Shown in pieces: positions 18,883 through 27,824 of a DNA stretch of 64,000 nucleotides. Position 1 is the stretch's first letter. Each line of letters opens with the position of its first letter. The notes beneath the pieces are model-generated. The model was not told where the DNA came from, ran no database searches, and worked only from the letters and a program-made list of their open reading frames with translations. A program made the position numbers and the translations under genes. The DNA is from an uncultured Candidatus Micrarchaeota archaeon (GTDB taxonomy: Archaea > Micrarchaeota > Micrarchaeia > Anstonellales > Bilamarchaeaceae), in contig OY970229.1 of the NCBI GenBank assembly GCA_963714085.1, forward strand, positions 546,595 to 610,594, in the 5' to 3' direction.

Positions 18883-20591
18883 AGAATCTGGAAATCGCGA
18901 AGATATTCTACGAAATCGCGGACATGCTGGAAGTCCAAGGCGTTGAGTTCAAGCCGCGTGCCTACCGCAGGGCTGCGCGCAGCATAGAGGAGCTCAACGA
19001 CGACATCGCAGTGGTGATGGAGAGGGGGGACAAGATCCCGGGAGTGGGCGAGGCGATAGCCAAGAAGATAGACGAGATACTCAAGAGCGGCAGGCTGAAG
19101 TACTTCGAAGACCTGAAGAAGGGGATGCCGTTCGACATGGAATCCATGGTCGCTGTGGAAGGCCTGGGCGCGAAGACCGCATACCGGCTCCACAAGGAGC
19201 TCGGGATAGTGAGCCTGGACGACCTGGAAAAGGCCGCCCGGGCCGGGAAGATACGCGGGCTGGAAGGATTCGGCGAGACGAAAGAGAAGAGGATCTTACT
19301 GGGGATCGAGTCGCTCAAAAGGACAGGAAAACGCATGCTGCTCTGGAACGCTTTGGTACTCTCAGACGACATAGTTGCGAGGATGCGCTCAGTCCAGGGC
19401 GTGGAGCGCGTGGAGCCGGTCGGCTCCTTGCGCAGGAGGAAGGAGACCGTCGGGGACCTGGACATACTCGTCGTCTCCAAGAAACCAAAAGCTGCGATGG
19501 ACGCCTTCACCACCATGCCCGGCGTTAAGCGCGTGCTCGGGCAGGGAGAGACCAAGGCGTCCGTGGAGCTGGAGGAGGGAGTGCAGGTCGACCTGCGCGT
19601 CATGGGAAGGGAATCCTTCGGCTCCGCCATGCAGTATTTCATAGGCTCCAAGTACCATAACATCGCCACGCGGACCATCGCAGTGAAGAAAGGGCTCAAG
19701 CTCTCCGAGTACGGGCTTTTCAGGGGGGAAAAACGTATCGCCGGAGAGGACGAGGAGGGGATATACAAGGCGCTGGGACTCCAATGGACGGAGCCCGAAC
19801 TGCGCGAGAACTCGGGCGAGATCGAGACGGCCATGAACAAGACGCTGCCCGAACTCGTGACCCTCAAGGACGTGAAGGGGGATCTGCATATCCACACTAA
19901 ATGGAGCGAGGGCGCGAACACCATAGAGGAGATGGCTGAGAAGGGGAAGAGCCTCGGCTACGAATACATGATAATCTCGGACCATGCTGGAATGACGCTG
20001 CGAGTGGCCAACCCGATGGACGAGAAGAGACTGGCGCAGCAGGGCAAGGAGATAGACGCCCTGAACAAGGCAGGGAAGAAAAAAGGCTGGCCGTACCTGC
20101 TCAAAGGCGCCGAGATAAACATAAAGAAGGACGGCGGGGTGGACATCGAGGACAAATCTCTCGCCGAGCTGGACATCGTGATAGCGTCCATCCATTATTC
20201 GATGAGGCAGCCGAAGGAGAAGATGATGAAAAGGCTCTTCTCCGCAATGGAGAACGAGAACGTGGACATAATCGCGCACCCGACAGGAAGGGTCCTCAAC
20301 GACCGCGAGCCGTATGAGCTGGATTTCGACGCTTTGGTCGACAAGGCGAAGGAGACGGATACGATACTGGAGATAAACGGCCAGCCGGACAGGATGGACC
20401 TGGACGGGGAGAAGGCGCGGAAGGCGAGGGATGCCGGAGTCATGATGTCCCTTTCCACGGACGCGCACCAGATCGTGCAGATGGATTACATGCCGCTCGC
20501 GGTCTTCATGGCGCGCAGGGGCTGGTGCGAAAAGAGAAACATCGCGAATACGCTCGGCCTGAAGGATATGGGCAAGGCGTTCGGTTTTTGA
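18879..20591 (+). CDS. polx: Family X DNA polymerase with PHP domain
   Basis: AYRRAA, GSLRR, GDLDIL, VDLR, FIGSK.HN; PHP motifs DLHIHT, SDH, AHP, TDAH. Confidence 0.96.
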   Translation: MKNLEIAKIFYEIADMLEVQGVEFKPRAYRRAARSIEELNDDIAVVMERGDKIPGVGEAIAKKIDEILKSGRLKYFEDLKKGMPFDMESMVAVEGLGAKTAYRLHKELGIVSLDDLEKAARAGKIRGLEGFGETKEKRILLGIESLKRTGKRMLLWNALVLSDDIVARMRSVQGVERVEPVGSLRRRKETVGDLDILVVSKKPKAAMDAFTTMPGVKRVLGQGETKASVELEEGVQVDLRVMGRESFGSAMQYFIGSKYHNIATRTIAVKKGLKLSEYGLFRGEKRIAGEDEEGIYKALGLQWTEPELRENSGEIETAMNKTLPELVTLKDVKGDLHIHTKWSEGANTIEEMAEKGKSLGYEYMIISDHAGMTLRVANPMDEKRLAQQGKEIDALNKAGKKKGWPYLLKGAEINIKKDGGVDIEDKSLAELDIVIASIHYSMRQPKEKMMKRLFSAMENENVDIIAHPTGRVLNDREPYELDFDALVDKAKETDTILEINGQPDRMDLDGEKARKARDAGVMMSLSTDAHQIVQMDYMPLAVFMARRGWCEKRNIANTLGLKDMGKAFGF

Positions 20592-20664
20592 ACTTTTTCA
20601 GAATCTTTTTAACCATTACGCTACAAGTATAGCAACTTATAAAGCAGCTAAACGGGGAAATAGC

Positions 20665-21261
20665 ATGTCGCTCAAAGCAAAACAACTCATGCGGGGCAAA
20701 ACCTCTGGTCGAACCGCTGGCAAGACTAGAAAAAAAGCCAGGATGCGGGAGTTCGAAACCATGCGGGGCAAAACCTCCACGGAAGCCAATGGCGCGGCTG
20801 GAAAAAACGTCACTAGACGGGGGTTCGAAATAGAACTTGACAAGCTGGAGGTACAGGCCAAAGGCGATAAGACGGTGCGCTGGAGAGCCGTCGAAGATAT
20901 GATACGGATGATTACCGAATTGAAGGACGCCAGTAGCGGGGCAGGCAGCGGGCAGATGTCCATGGTTGAGGCGGATGAGAGGCATACGATGCTCAGATAT
21001 GCACTGGAAAGGGTTGCTAACGGTGCTAAAGACAAAGATGTGGGGGTTTTGGCGTTCAATGCCGTTGGCGGAGATGCCATCGCCATGCTGATGACGAGCA
21101 GCAGTTTGCATAGCAACGTGAGGCGTCCGGCGCAAGCAAGGCTGAAATCAATGGCTAAACCAGACACGCTGGATCCGGGCGGGCTGATGAAGTTCTCGCC
21201 TTCGAGAAAGTACGGTGGAAGCCCGAGGCTGCGGCTCGCGGCATGGCGCTACGACCTCTGA
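20665..21261 (+). CDS. Orphan protein, basic repeated N-terminus and HEAT-like helices
   Basis: 198-aa ORF; MRGKTS occurs twice (18-bp DNA repeat at 20688 and 20760). Confidence 0.65.
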   Translation: MSLKAKQLMRGKTSGRTAGKTRKKARMREFETMRGKTSTEANGAAGKNVTRRGFEIELDKLEVQAKGDKTVRWRAVEDMIRMITELKDASSGAGSGQMSMVEADERHTMLRYALERVANGAKDKDVGVLAFNAVGGDAIAMLMTSSSLHSNVRRPAQARLKSMAKPDTLDPGGLMKFSPSRKYGGSPRLRLAAWRYDL

Positions 21262-21618
21262 TTAGAACGATTCGAAGGCCACTTTTTCCGCCTTGAAGAA
21301 TTTCTTCACTGCGCTTACCGCTTTTTTCTCATCGAACCTTTTGCAGGTGTAGATGACAGTGGAGAAGAATTTGGCATTTCCCCAGATATAAAGCGCGATG
21401 CCCGAATCGATGAGCGGGATGAAGGCGTCGAAGCCCTGGTTTATCTCCTTTCCCTGGCCGCCTGTCGCGTGTATGGTCGGTTCGCCGTAGGCCCGGAGCC
21501 CGAGCTCTTTGGTTATCTGCCGGAAGAACTCTGATATCGCCTCTTCCTTCACTTCCCTGTCGAAGAATCCTTCTATGAGCAGTCTTTGCCGGGTTATGTG
21601 CGGAGCCAGGTCTTCCAT
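21262..21618 (-). CDS. AdoMet decarboxylase-family protein (atypical)
   Basis: Size and pattern G.....L.DSGI.LY.W......IYTCK.FD match the prokaryotic SpeD/SpeH fold. Confidence 0.8.
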   Translation of the reverse strand: MEDLAPHITRQRLLIEGFFDREVKEEAISEFFRQITKELGLRAYGEPTIHATGGQGKEINQGFDAFIPLIDSGIALYIWGNAKFFSTVIYTCKRFDEKKAVSAVKKFFKAEKVAFESF

Positions 21619-21652
21619 GGTTTGTTAACGGAAATGGGATTTATAATTTGGA

Positions 21653-21736
21653 TGCAGGGAGAAGGATTCGAACCTTCGAAGGCGCTAAGCCAACGGGTCC
21701 TAAGCCCGTCACGTTTGACCGCTTCGCTATCCCTGC
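21653..21736 (-). tRNA. tRNA-Leu(TAG), intronless, long variable arm
   Basis: GCAGGGA/TCCCTGC acceptor, ACGGG-CTTAGGA-CCCGT anticodon arm, GGTTCGAATCC. Confidence 0.95.
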
Positions 21737-21765
21737 GTTGGGACTATGTTCTCGCAATAGCTTCT

Positions 21766-22890
21766 TTAATCCCTTTTGCCGCCCTCGCCATGGACACCCC
21801 CCTTTTCCAGATATTCCAAGGTCTCGTCCACCCCTTCCACGAGCTTCTCGAATATCTCCGCGGCGTCGAACGCTGTGATTCGCCCCTTGACCTTCTCCGC
21901 CAGCTGCCTGAGGGCCAGGTCGCGTACCGAGAGCTGGTCGCTCCTCTCGTCCCTTATGCGCTCCAGCCGCTCTTTCAGGCTTTTGGCCTCCAGGCCGCTG
22001 TCCACGAACACCCGCTCATATTCCGGAAACCGCAGGTCGATCTGGCCTGCGCCCTCCTTCAGGGTCCCTGCCACTTTGATGCAGATTATCGCGTCGGGGT
22101 CCTTTTTCATCAGCTCCTCTATCCTGCTTTTAACCGCTTCCCTGGCTTCGGCCACGGATGCGTCCCTGAGCAGGACGTCCTCACAGAAGAACGGCCTGCT
22201 CATTATGGGCATGAAATCGGCCTTCCTGGTGGCGGTGTCGAAGAGGAAGAACCCTTTGCCTGCCATCTCCTCCTTCTTCAGCTGGGTGATGACCGTTGAA
22301 CCTGGGATGAGGAACCTGCCCTTAAGCATGATCTCCTTACCGTGGAGATGCCCGTTCACGATCAGGTCGAAGGGCAATGTCTCCAGATAATCCAGGGACA
22401 GCTCGTTCTTCCCGTGCGGCATGAGCTCGCGTATGGACTGGTGTATGAGCAGGATGCGGAACGCGCCGTCCTGCGGGCTGAAGCGCTCCATGACCTTTTT
22501 CACGGCTTCCTCCGCGTACTCGTCCGGGACGTTGCCTATGCCGAGGATCTGCAGCTTTTCGCCTTTGGCCTCGAACATCCTGCTTTCCGCGTGCAGATAT
22601 TCCATGACGCCGGAGGTGCTGAGCAGGCGGGCCGGGTTGACGAGCTCCTTGGCCCTGCGCTCGTGGTTCCCGTGTATGGCGAAGACCGGGATCTTCACCT
22701 TCCTCAGTATCGTTATGGCCCGATCCAAGGTCTCCAGCTTCGGGATCTTCGTGTCGAACACGTCGCCCGCGAAGAGGATCGCGTCCGCTTTCTCCGATGC
22801 AGCGAGGAACGCGCGCTCCGCCTGGACGAATGCGTCCTCCTCGAAACGGGCGTAGCCCAGATGCGTGTCGGAGATGATTGCTATCCTCAT
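21766..22890 (-). CDS. mre11: Mre11/SbcD family nuclease
   Basis: SDTHLG, AGDVFD, IHGNHE, IHQS, NGHLH, PGS. Confidence 0.92.
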   Translation of the reverse strand: MRIAIISDTHLGYARFEEDAFVQAERAFLAASEKADAILFAGDVFDTKIPKLETLDRAITILRKVKIPVFAIHGNHERRAKELVNPARLLSTSGVMEYLHAESRMFEAKGEKLQILGIGNVPDEYAEEAVKKVMERFSPQDGAFRILLIHQSIRELMPHGKNELSLDYLETLPFDLIVNGHLHGKEIMLKGRFLIPGSTVITQLKKEEMAGKGFFLFDTATRKADFMPIMSRPFFCEDVLLRDASVAEAREAVKSRIEELMKKDPDAIICIKVAGTLKEGAGQIDLRFPEYERVFVDSGLEAKSLKERLERIRDERSDQLSVRDLALRQLAEKVKGRITAFDAAEIFEKLVEGVDETLEYLEKGGVHGEGGKRD

Positions 22891-22943
22891 GATATGATTG
22901 AGGCGGAGGATTGTTTAAAAAACGGAATGTTCAAAAGAATTCC

Positions 22944-23018
22944 ATGGTAGAAGAGCTGCTGTTCTCGACGCTGCTAATCACAGTGGTTCTCATAATAACG
23001 TACTTCGTCACGAGATGA
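22944..23018 (+). CDS. Candidate 24-aa single-TM microprotein
   Basis: MVEELLFSTLLITVVLIITYFVTR; TTTAAAA about 25-30 nt upstream. Confidence 0.45.
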   Translation: MVEELLFSTLLITVVLIITYFVTR

Positions 23019-23113
23019 CATGGCACGGGTAAAACCAAGTCCATGCCCCTTAGAGAACTGGCAGAAAACAACGAAAAACTTATAATGAGGATATAGGAGT
23101 ATAAACACAGTAC

Positions 23114-23218
23114 GGGCCCGTAGCTCAGTCAGGTTGGAGCGTTCGAGCTAAAGCGACGAAACTGATAACCAGACTGTTGGACATCGAAAGGTCCGGAGTT
23201 CAAATCTCCGCGGGCCCA
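23114..23218 (+). tRNA. tRNA-Ile(GAT) with two 15-nt introns (30/31 and 37/38)
   Basis: Removing 23146-23160 and 23168-23182 gives anticodon arm TTCGA-CTGATAA-TCGAA; both junctions form BHB-type motifs. Confidence 0.92.
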
Positions 23219-23278
23219 TATTCATTTTCTTAGTTTTGCGAAGAGGTTCAGAAAAAAGAAAGATAGGGTTCGGACACC

Positions 23279-23698
23279 CTAACCTTTGATCACTTCCATC
23301 ATCTTTTCTTCGAGGTCGAAGTCGCCAATCTCCATCATGTCCTTCTTCATCTTCATCCACTTGTCGAAGGAGTCCATAACCTCGTCGGCTAGCTTGTCCA
23401 TCTTCTTGCCGTACTTCTTCTCCAGTTTGGCTTTCAGGCGCTCAACGAGCATCTTCTTGAAGGCCTTTTTGAGCAGATGCATCCTGTCCCCTTCCTCGAC
23501 CTCGCCGCCATGGCATGCGCACTGGCAGCTCTCGCTGCTGTGGCATTCGCATTGGCAGCCCTGGTCGCATTCGCAGCTCTGGTCGCCATGGCATGAACAC
23601 TGGCAACTCTCGCCGCAGCAGTGCCCGCAGGCTCCCGCGCCTTGGCCGGCTTCGCACTGGCCGCATCCAGATTCCGAACATCCGCAACTACTCGTCAT
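23279..23698 (-). CDS. Metallothionein-like Cys/His-rich domain fused to a helical Met/Lys-rich domain
   Basis: 18 Cys and 4 His in the first ~63 aa with three CQCxCH units; GGAGG upstream. Confidence 0.8.
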   Translation of the reverse strand: MTSSCGCSESGCGQCEAGQGAGACGHCCGESCQCSCHGDQSCECDQGCQCECHSSESCQCACHGGEVEEGDRMHLLKKAFKKMLVERLKAKLEKKYGKKMDKLADEVMDSFDKWMKMKKDMMEIGDFDLEEKMMEVIKG

Positions 23699-23787
23699 AT
23701 ATACCAACCTCCAAAATTAGCCCCCCTATTGGCTAAGTGTAATATGAGCACTTGATGTTTAATAGCCTTTCGAAAGGCGGGACAATA

Positions 23788-25155
23788 TTATATCTTCATT
23801 GTCTTCCCCTTCTTCACGTCCAGATGCTTGGGGAACAGGTTGGCCGCCTGGGTGTGCACCGGGATCAGGCTCTTGGCGCTGATGCCGTCTATCATGGCGA
23901 ATATCTCCTCCTTGGAGGCATGACCCGAGGCGTGGAGCTGGTGGTGCTCCATCGAGAAACGGTCGAGCCAGTTATGCAGGACATCGTCCTGGAGCTGGGA
24001 GCTGGGGTCCTCCTCGAACGGCTCGCTCATGGAGTGGATGCACCTCCCTCCGGGTTCAGGCTCGACGTCTATGAGCTCCTGGAGCTGGGAGAAATCCAGC
24101 TCCCAGATCACGTTTTTCTGGTTCTTCTTGACCCATTCGCAATCAACGCACTTGTCCAGCAGGAGCTTCTCCCATGCCTTGTACTGCTTCATCTCCCGCG
24201 CATACACCTCGATAGCGCTGTCTTTCATCGGGTCCGGCAGGTCCAAGACCCGGTCATCTTTCAGGCTCATCAGGAGATTGGCGGTCTTTAGGCTTATCAC
24301 CAGGGTTTTCCCGGTCTCCTTTGCTATCTTGTAGAACGACCGGAACCTGTCCAGGTCCTTGGGGTATCGCATCGCCACCACGAGCTTGTCCGTGCCCTGG
24401 CAGATCTTCAGGCTTTCGGAATACACGAACGGCTCGGTATGGTTCTTCCTCTTCTCCGATGTGTTGACCCTCGTGCCTTCGATTATCAATGCCCTGGGAT
24501 CGCCCTTCGCTGCTTCCTTTATGAACTCCTCGGTCATCTCCGGCTTGTTGCCGTGCTTCCGCAAATCGCCCGAGTAGACTATCGTGCCCTCGCTGGTTTC
24601 CACCACGAATCCGTAGGCGCCGGGAACTGAATGATCCACGTGGATGGGCGTGATCTCCAGATTGTCGAATTTGAGTTTCCTTCCGGTCCTGAACGTCCGG
24701 ACCGTGTTCGGCTCATGGACCGTCCCGTCCCTCTCTTTCCATTCCTCATCGCTGAAGAAGAAGGCGTTCGTCGTCGTCTGGGTCGAGTCGAGTATCGTCT
24801 TGCACGTCTCGCCCATGTAGATGGGGATTGCCGGGTCCAGGTACTCGAGATGCGCAGTATGGTCGAAATGCGGGTGCGAGATGACGATCGCGTCGAACTC
24901 GGCTTCCGAATATGGGAGATCGGTGTGCTCCAGCGCTTTCCTGTTGTATAATCCCTCCGTCTTCGACATCAGACCCAGGGCGAAGTAATCCTTGAGGCCG
25001 AACCTGTCCCTGGGACTGAGCCAGTCAACGAAGAAGTCGTCCAGGAGGCTGAAGGACTGGCCGAAATCCAGGAATATCCTCGTCTTCTTGTCCTCTATGA
25101 GTATCTTGTTCCCGCCTATCTCGTCCACGCCGCCGTAACAGGTTATGGAGACCAT
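23788..25155 (-). CDS. Metallo-beta-lactamase/beta-CASP ribonuclease (RNase J-like)
   Basis: GGVDEIGGN, SHPHFDH, VDHS, SGDLR, LIIEGT, HASGH, PVHT. Confidence 0.9.
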   Translation of the reverse strand: MVSITCYGGVDEIGGNKILIEDKKTRIFLDFGQSFSLLDDFFVDWLSPRDRFGLKDYFALGLMSKTEGLYNRKALEHTDLPYSEAEFDAIVISHPHFDHTAHLEYLDPAIPIYMGETCKTILDSTQTTTNAFFFSDEEWKERDGTVHEPNTVRTFRTGRKLKFDNLEITPIHVDHSVPGAYGFVVETSEGTIVYSGDLRKHGNKPEMTEEFIKEAAKGDPRALIIEGTRVNTSEKRKNHTEPFVYSESLKICQGTDKLVVAMRYPKDLDRFRSFYKIAKETGKTLVISLKTANLLMSLKDDRVLDLPDPMKDSAIEVYAREMKQYKAWEKLLLDKCVDCEWVKKNQKNVIWELDFSQLQELIDVEPEPGGRCIHSMSEPFEEDPSSQLQDDVLHNWLDRFSMEHHQLHASGHASKEEIFAMIDGISAKSLIPVHTQAANLFPKHLDVKKGKTMKI

Positions 25156-25824
25156 TCATACCACTTTGAGCAGATCCTCGAACTTCCCTATCTCGTAGTC
25201 GGCTTTCACGTCGTCCCTGAAATGCTGCCCGTACTTGGCCAGGCACGTCTTCATCCCGATTGCTTTGGCTCCCTTGATGTCCTTGGCCGGGTTGTCGCCC
25301 ACGAACAGGATCGCTTCGGGCAGGATTCCGAGCTTCTTCAGAGCCAGGGTGAACGGCGACGGGTGGGGCTTGTACTCCTGGGTATCGGAATAGGTTATCA
25401 CGAAATCGAATTCGTTCTCCAGGTTCGTGAGCACGAGCCTCTGCCACGCCTTGTTCCTCGGCGCATCCGAGATTATGCCGAGTTTGAGCCCTTTCTCCCT
25501 GAGCTTCCGGAGCGTGGGCTTGACCATTGGGTAGGAACGTAGGACCTCGTACTTCCTCTGCTGGTATGCGATGATCCCAGCCTGCTGTATCTTCTCGGCG
25601 AGGTTTATCTCAAGATTGTATTGTTTGATGACCTCGTAGAACGTCTTCTGGTACTCGATGCCCTTTTCATCGTAGACTGAGAATATCTTGCCGTAGACCT
25701 CAATCTCGGTGGCGGGCAGGCCCTGTCTTATCATGGCCTTGGCCGCTGCTTTAGCGGTCTCCTTCTTGAACGTGAGGAAATCCAGCAGAGTGTTGTCCAG
25801 ATCGAACAGAATGGCCTTGAACAT
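25156..25824 (-). CDS. HAD-superfamily hydrolase
   Basis: FDLDNTL, ISD, KP.P, VGDN..KDI.GA; start reset to ATG 25824. Confidence 0.92.
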   Translation of the reverse strand: MFKAILFDLDNTLLDFLTFKKETAKAAAKAMIRQGLPATEIEVYGKIFSVYDEKGIEYQKTFYEVIKQYNLEINLAEKIQQAGIIAYQQRKYEVLRSYPMVKPTLRKLREKGLKLGIISDAPRNKAWQRLVLTNLENEFDFVITYSDTQEYKPHPSPFTLALKKLGILPEAILFVGDNPAKDIKGAKAIGMKTCLAKYGQHFRDDVKADYEIGKFEDLLKVV

Positions 25825-25878
25825 GACGCCCCCAGCTGATAACCTACCCAATAATTAAATGCTTAACAGTCAAGCGTT

Positions 25879-27492
25879 TCAAAACTGGTGCTCCAGGGAC
25901 TCGAGGATATACCCTCTCGCGGCTTCAAGTTCCCTGTTCGTGCTCGGGTTTTTCGTGCCCCTGAGCGGTTCGATCTTTTCCAGCAGCGCCTGCCTCGCAT
26001 CAATCGGAAACACGACGCTCTGAGGGGCCGCGGCATAGGAGAAAGCCAGCCCGCACAGGGCCTTGCAGTAGTAGCCGCGATCCGGACCCGTTTCCTTCAG
26101 CACCTCATCCAGGATGCCGAAGGCTTCGTTCGCCCGACCGCAATAGGTCATGGCATAGGCTTTTGTTATCCTGGTTCGCTGGACATATTCGCGCTCAAGA
26201 CCGGGCCTGCCCAACAACGAATCGGCCATTGTGATGGCCAGGCTGTATCTTTTCATTTTCCTTAAAACAGCTATTTTCCAGAGCATGAGCGGGGGCATTT
26301 CCTGCACCTGGGCAGGCAATTCCGAGATGAAGTACAGGATTGTATGGTACCTTTTGATTGCATAAACGCCGTTGAAAAGCTTGTCGTAGAGGGCCTCGCA
26401 GGAAGAGAGCTGCTCGTGCGCCTGCAGCACCACCTCTTTGGCTTCAACGTACTTGTCGTGCGCAAGGTACGCGGAGACCATGACGCAGAATATCCCTTCG
26501 TCCGCCCTATGGTTTTTCAATGCGACATTGAAGACCTGCCTTGCTGCATATGTGTCGCCCACAGTCAGGTATGCATCCATCATCAGGACGTATACCGGCT
26601 CATCAACGAGGTTTTTCGCAGCCTCGGCTTCAAAAACCCTCCTCGCGGGTTCCACTTCCCCCCTTGCCAGGTAATAGGCTATCCGGCCGTTGCAGTTGCG
26701 TGCTTCTTCGCTACTTTCGCCCAGCACCCGCTGGACAATGCTGACGCCAGCCCCGGGCTGTCCTTCCAATTCTTCCAATTCCCGCTGAAGCCGTTCCGAG
26801 CCGAGCCCCTTTCTAGCCGCCGTATGCAGTACACCCAGTGCCGCGTTTCTCGCACCCTTCCTTTTGCAGAATTCCGCGATTTTCAGGCACATGGCCTCGT
26901 TCGCATGGCCGGCGTCCAGGGCCCGCGAAAAAAGCTGTCTGGCCCCGCCAAAATCATTGATTCGCATGTGCAGCGCTATGACAAGACCGTAGGTGTGGCA
27001 GTCGGCCGCCCCTTCACGTTCCGCTTCTAGAAGCAGGGAATTCGCCCTGACATAATTTCCGCATTGCACTGAAACGTAGATCATGGCATTGTAAACGAGA
27101 TTACGGGGGACTTCGCTTTCCAGCGCCCTTGCGAACGCGCATTCTGCGGAGGCCGGGTCCTTTTCGGCGTATGCCAGGAACAGCGTCGTGCACCCTTCCT
27201 GGGCCAGAACCCTGTTTTCCGACGCGAACGAGAATACGTCCTCCGCCCTTTCCATCTGCCCTGTTTCACAGTAAGCCCGGATCCTCAGGCTGGTGGCTTT
27301 TTTTATGTCCGGATGGCCGAGGGGGACATTCCTCAGGAGGCCCAGGGCCTCGTATTGCCTTTTAGCATCGATGAGGGCCTCCGCGTCCTCCACCATGCTT
27401 TTGGCGGGCGCGGGTTTGGCCCTCCTCAGGGTGCGCTGGGGGAACCTGCCCTTGTCCGAAGCCTGAATCATGGTTCTTGAAACCGGTTGCAA
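25879..27492 (-). CDS. Pentatricopeptide-repeat-like protein (34-aa units) with TPR-like C-terminus
   Basis: Units such as VYNAMIYVSVQCGNYVRANSLL, TYGLVIALH..NDFGGARQLF, VYVLMMDAYLTVGDTYAARQVF; start may be ATG 27471. Confidence 0.8.
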   Translation of the reverse strand: MQPVSRTMIQASDKGRFPQRTLRRAKPAPAKSMVEDAEALIDAKRQYEALGLLRNVPLGHPDIKKATSLRIRAYCETGQMERAEDVFSFASENRVLAQEGCTTLFLAYAEKDPASAECAFARALESEVPRNLVYNAMIYVSVQCGNYVRANSLLLEAEREGAADCHTYGLVIALHMRINDFGGARQLFSRALDAGHANEAMCLKIAEFCKRKGARNAALGVLHTAARKGLGSERLQRELEELEGQPGAGVSIVQRVLGESSEEARNCNGRIAYYLARGEVEPARRVFEAEAAKNLVDEPVYVLMMDAYLTVGDTYAARQVFNVALKNHRADEGIFCVMVSAYLAHDKYVEAKEVVLQAHEQLSSCEALYDKLFNGVYAIKRYHTILYFISELPAQVQEMPPLMLWKIAVLRKMKRYSLAITMADSLLGRPGLEREYVQRTRITKAYAMTYCGRANEAFGILDEVLKETGPDRGYYCKALCGLAFSYAAAPQSVVFPIDARQALLEKIEPLRGTKNPSTNRELEAARGYILESLEHQF

Positions 27493-27641
27493 ACATTACA
27501 CCTTTAGCATATTATTAACACACAATAATTTAAAATATCGCTTGTTGGAGCGGAACGGACCGTGCGATATGCCGATTGCGGCTTCCTGCGAGTCGCATAG
27601 TTTAAAAATTATAGCCGCCAAATCGGATTCTGCAATTGTCT

Positions 27642-27716
27642 GCCCTGATAGTGTAGTGGTTAGCATACAAGACTGTCACTCTTGCGACTCGGGTTCGAAT
27701 CCCGATCAGGGCGCCA
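27642..27716 (+). tRNA. tRNA-Asp(GTC) with encoded CCA
   Basis: GCCCTGA/TCAGGGC acceptor, CAAGA-CTGTCAC-TCTTG, GGTTCGAATCC, GCCA end. Confidence 0.96.
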
Positions 27717-27824
27717 ATTTTTCTCACGTCGGAGAGGGGGGTTCTGATTCGCATTTCACGAGATAGCGCTTCCGACAACTCCTATTAAAAACCTATTCTG
27801 CTATAAAAAGAAACAGGTGGGACA

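Noticed and set aside
21766-22890. mre11 without adjacent rad50/herA/nurA, and guaAB without its glutaminase subunit
   Set aside because: Operon fragmentation is general in this window; the partners are probably elsewhere and absence cannot be judged from 64 kb.
23020-23085. 21-codon ORF MARVKPSPCPLENWQKTTKNL
   Set aside because: No coding bias or features; runs into the tRNA-Ile promoter region.
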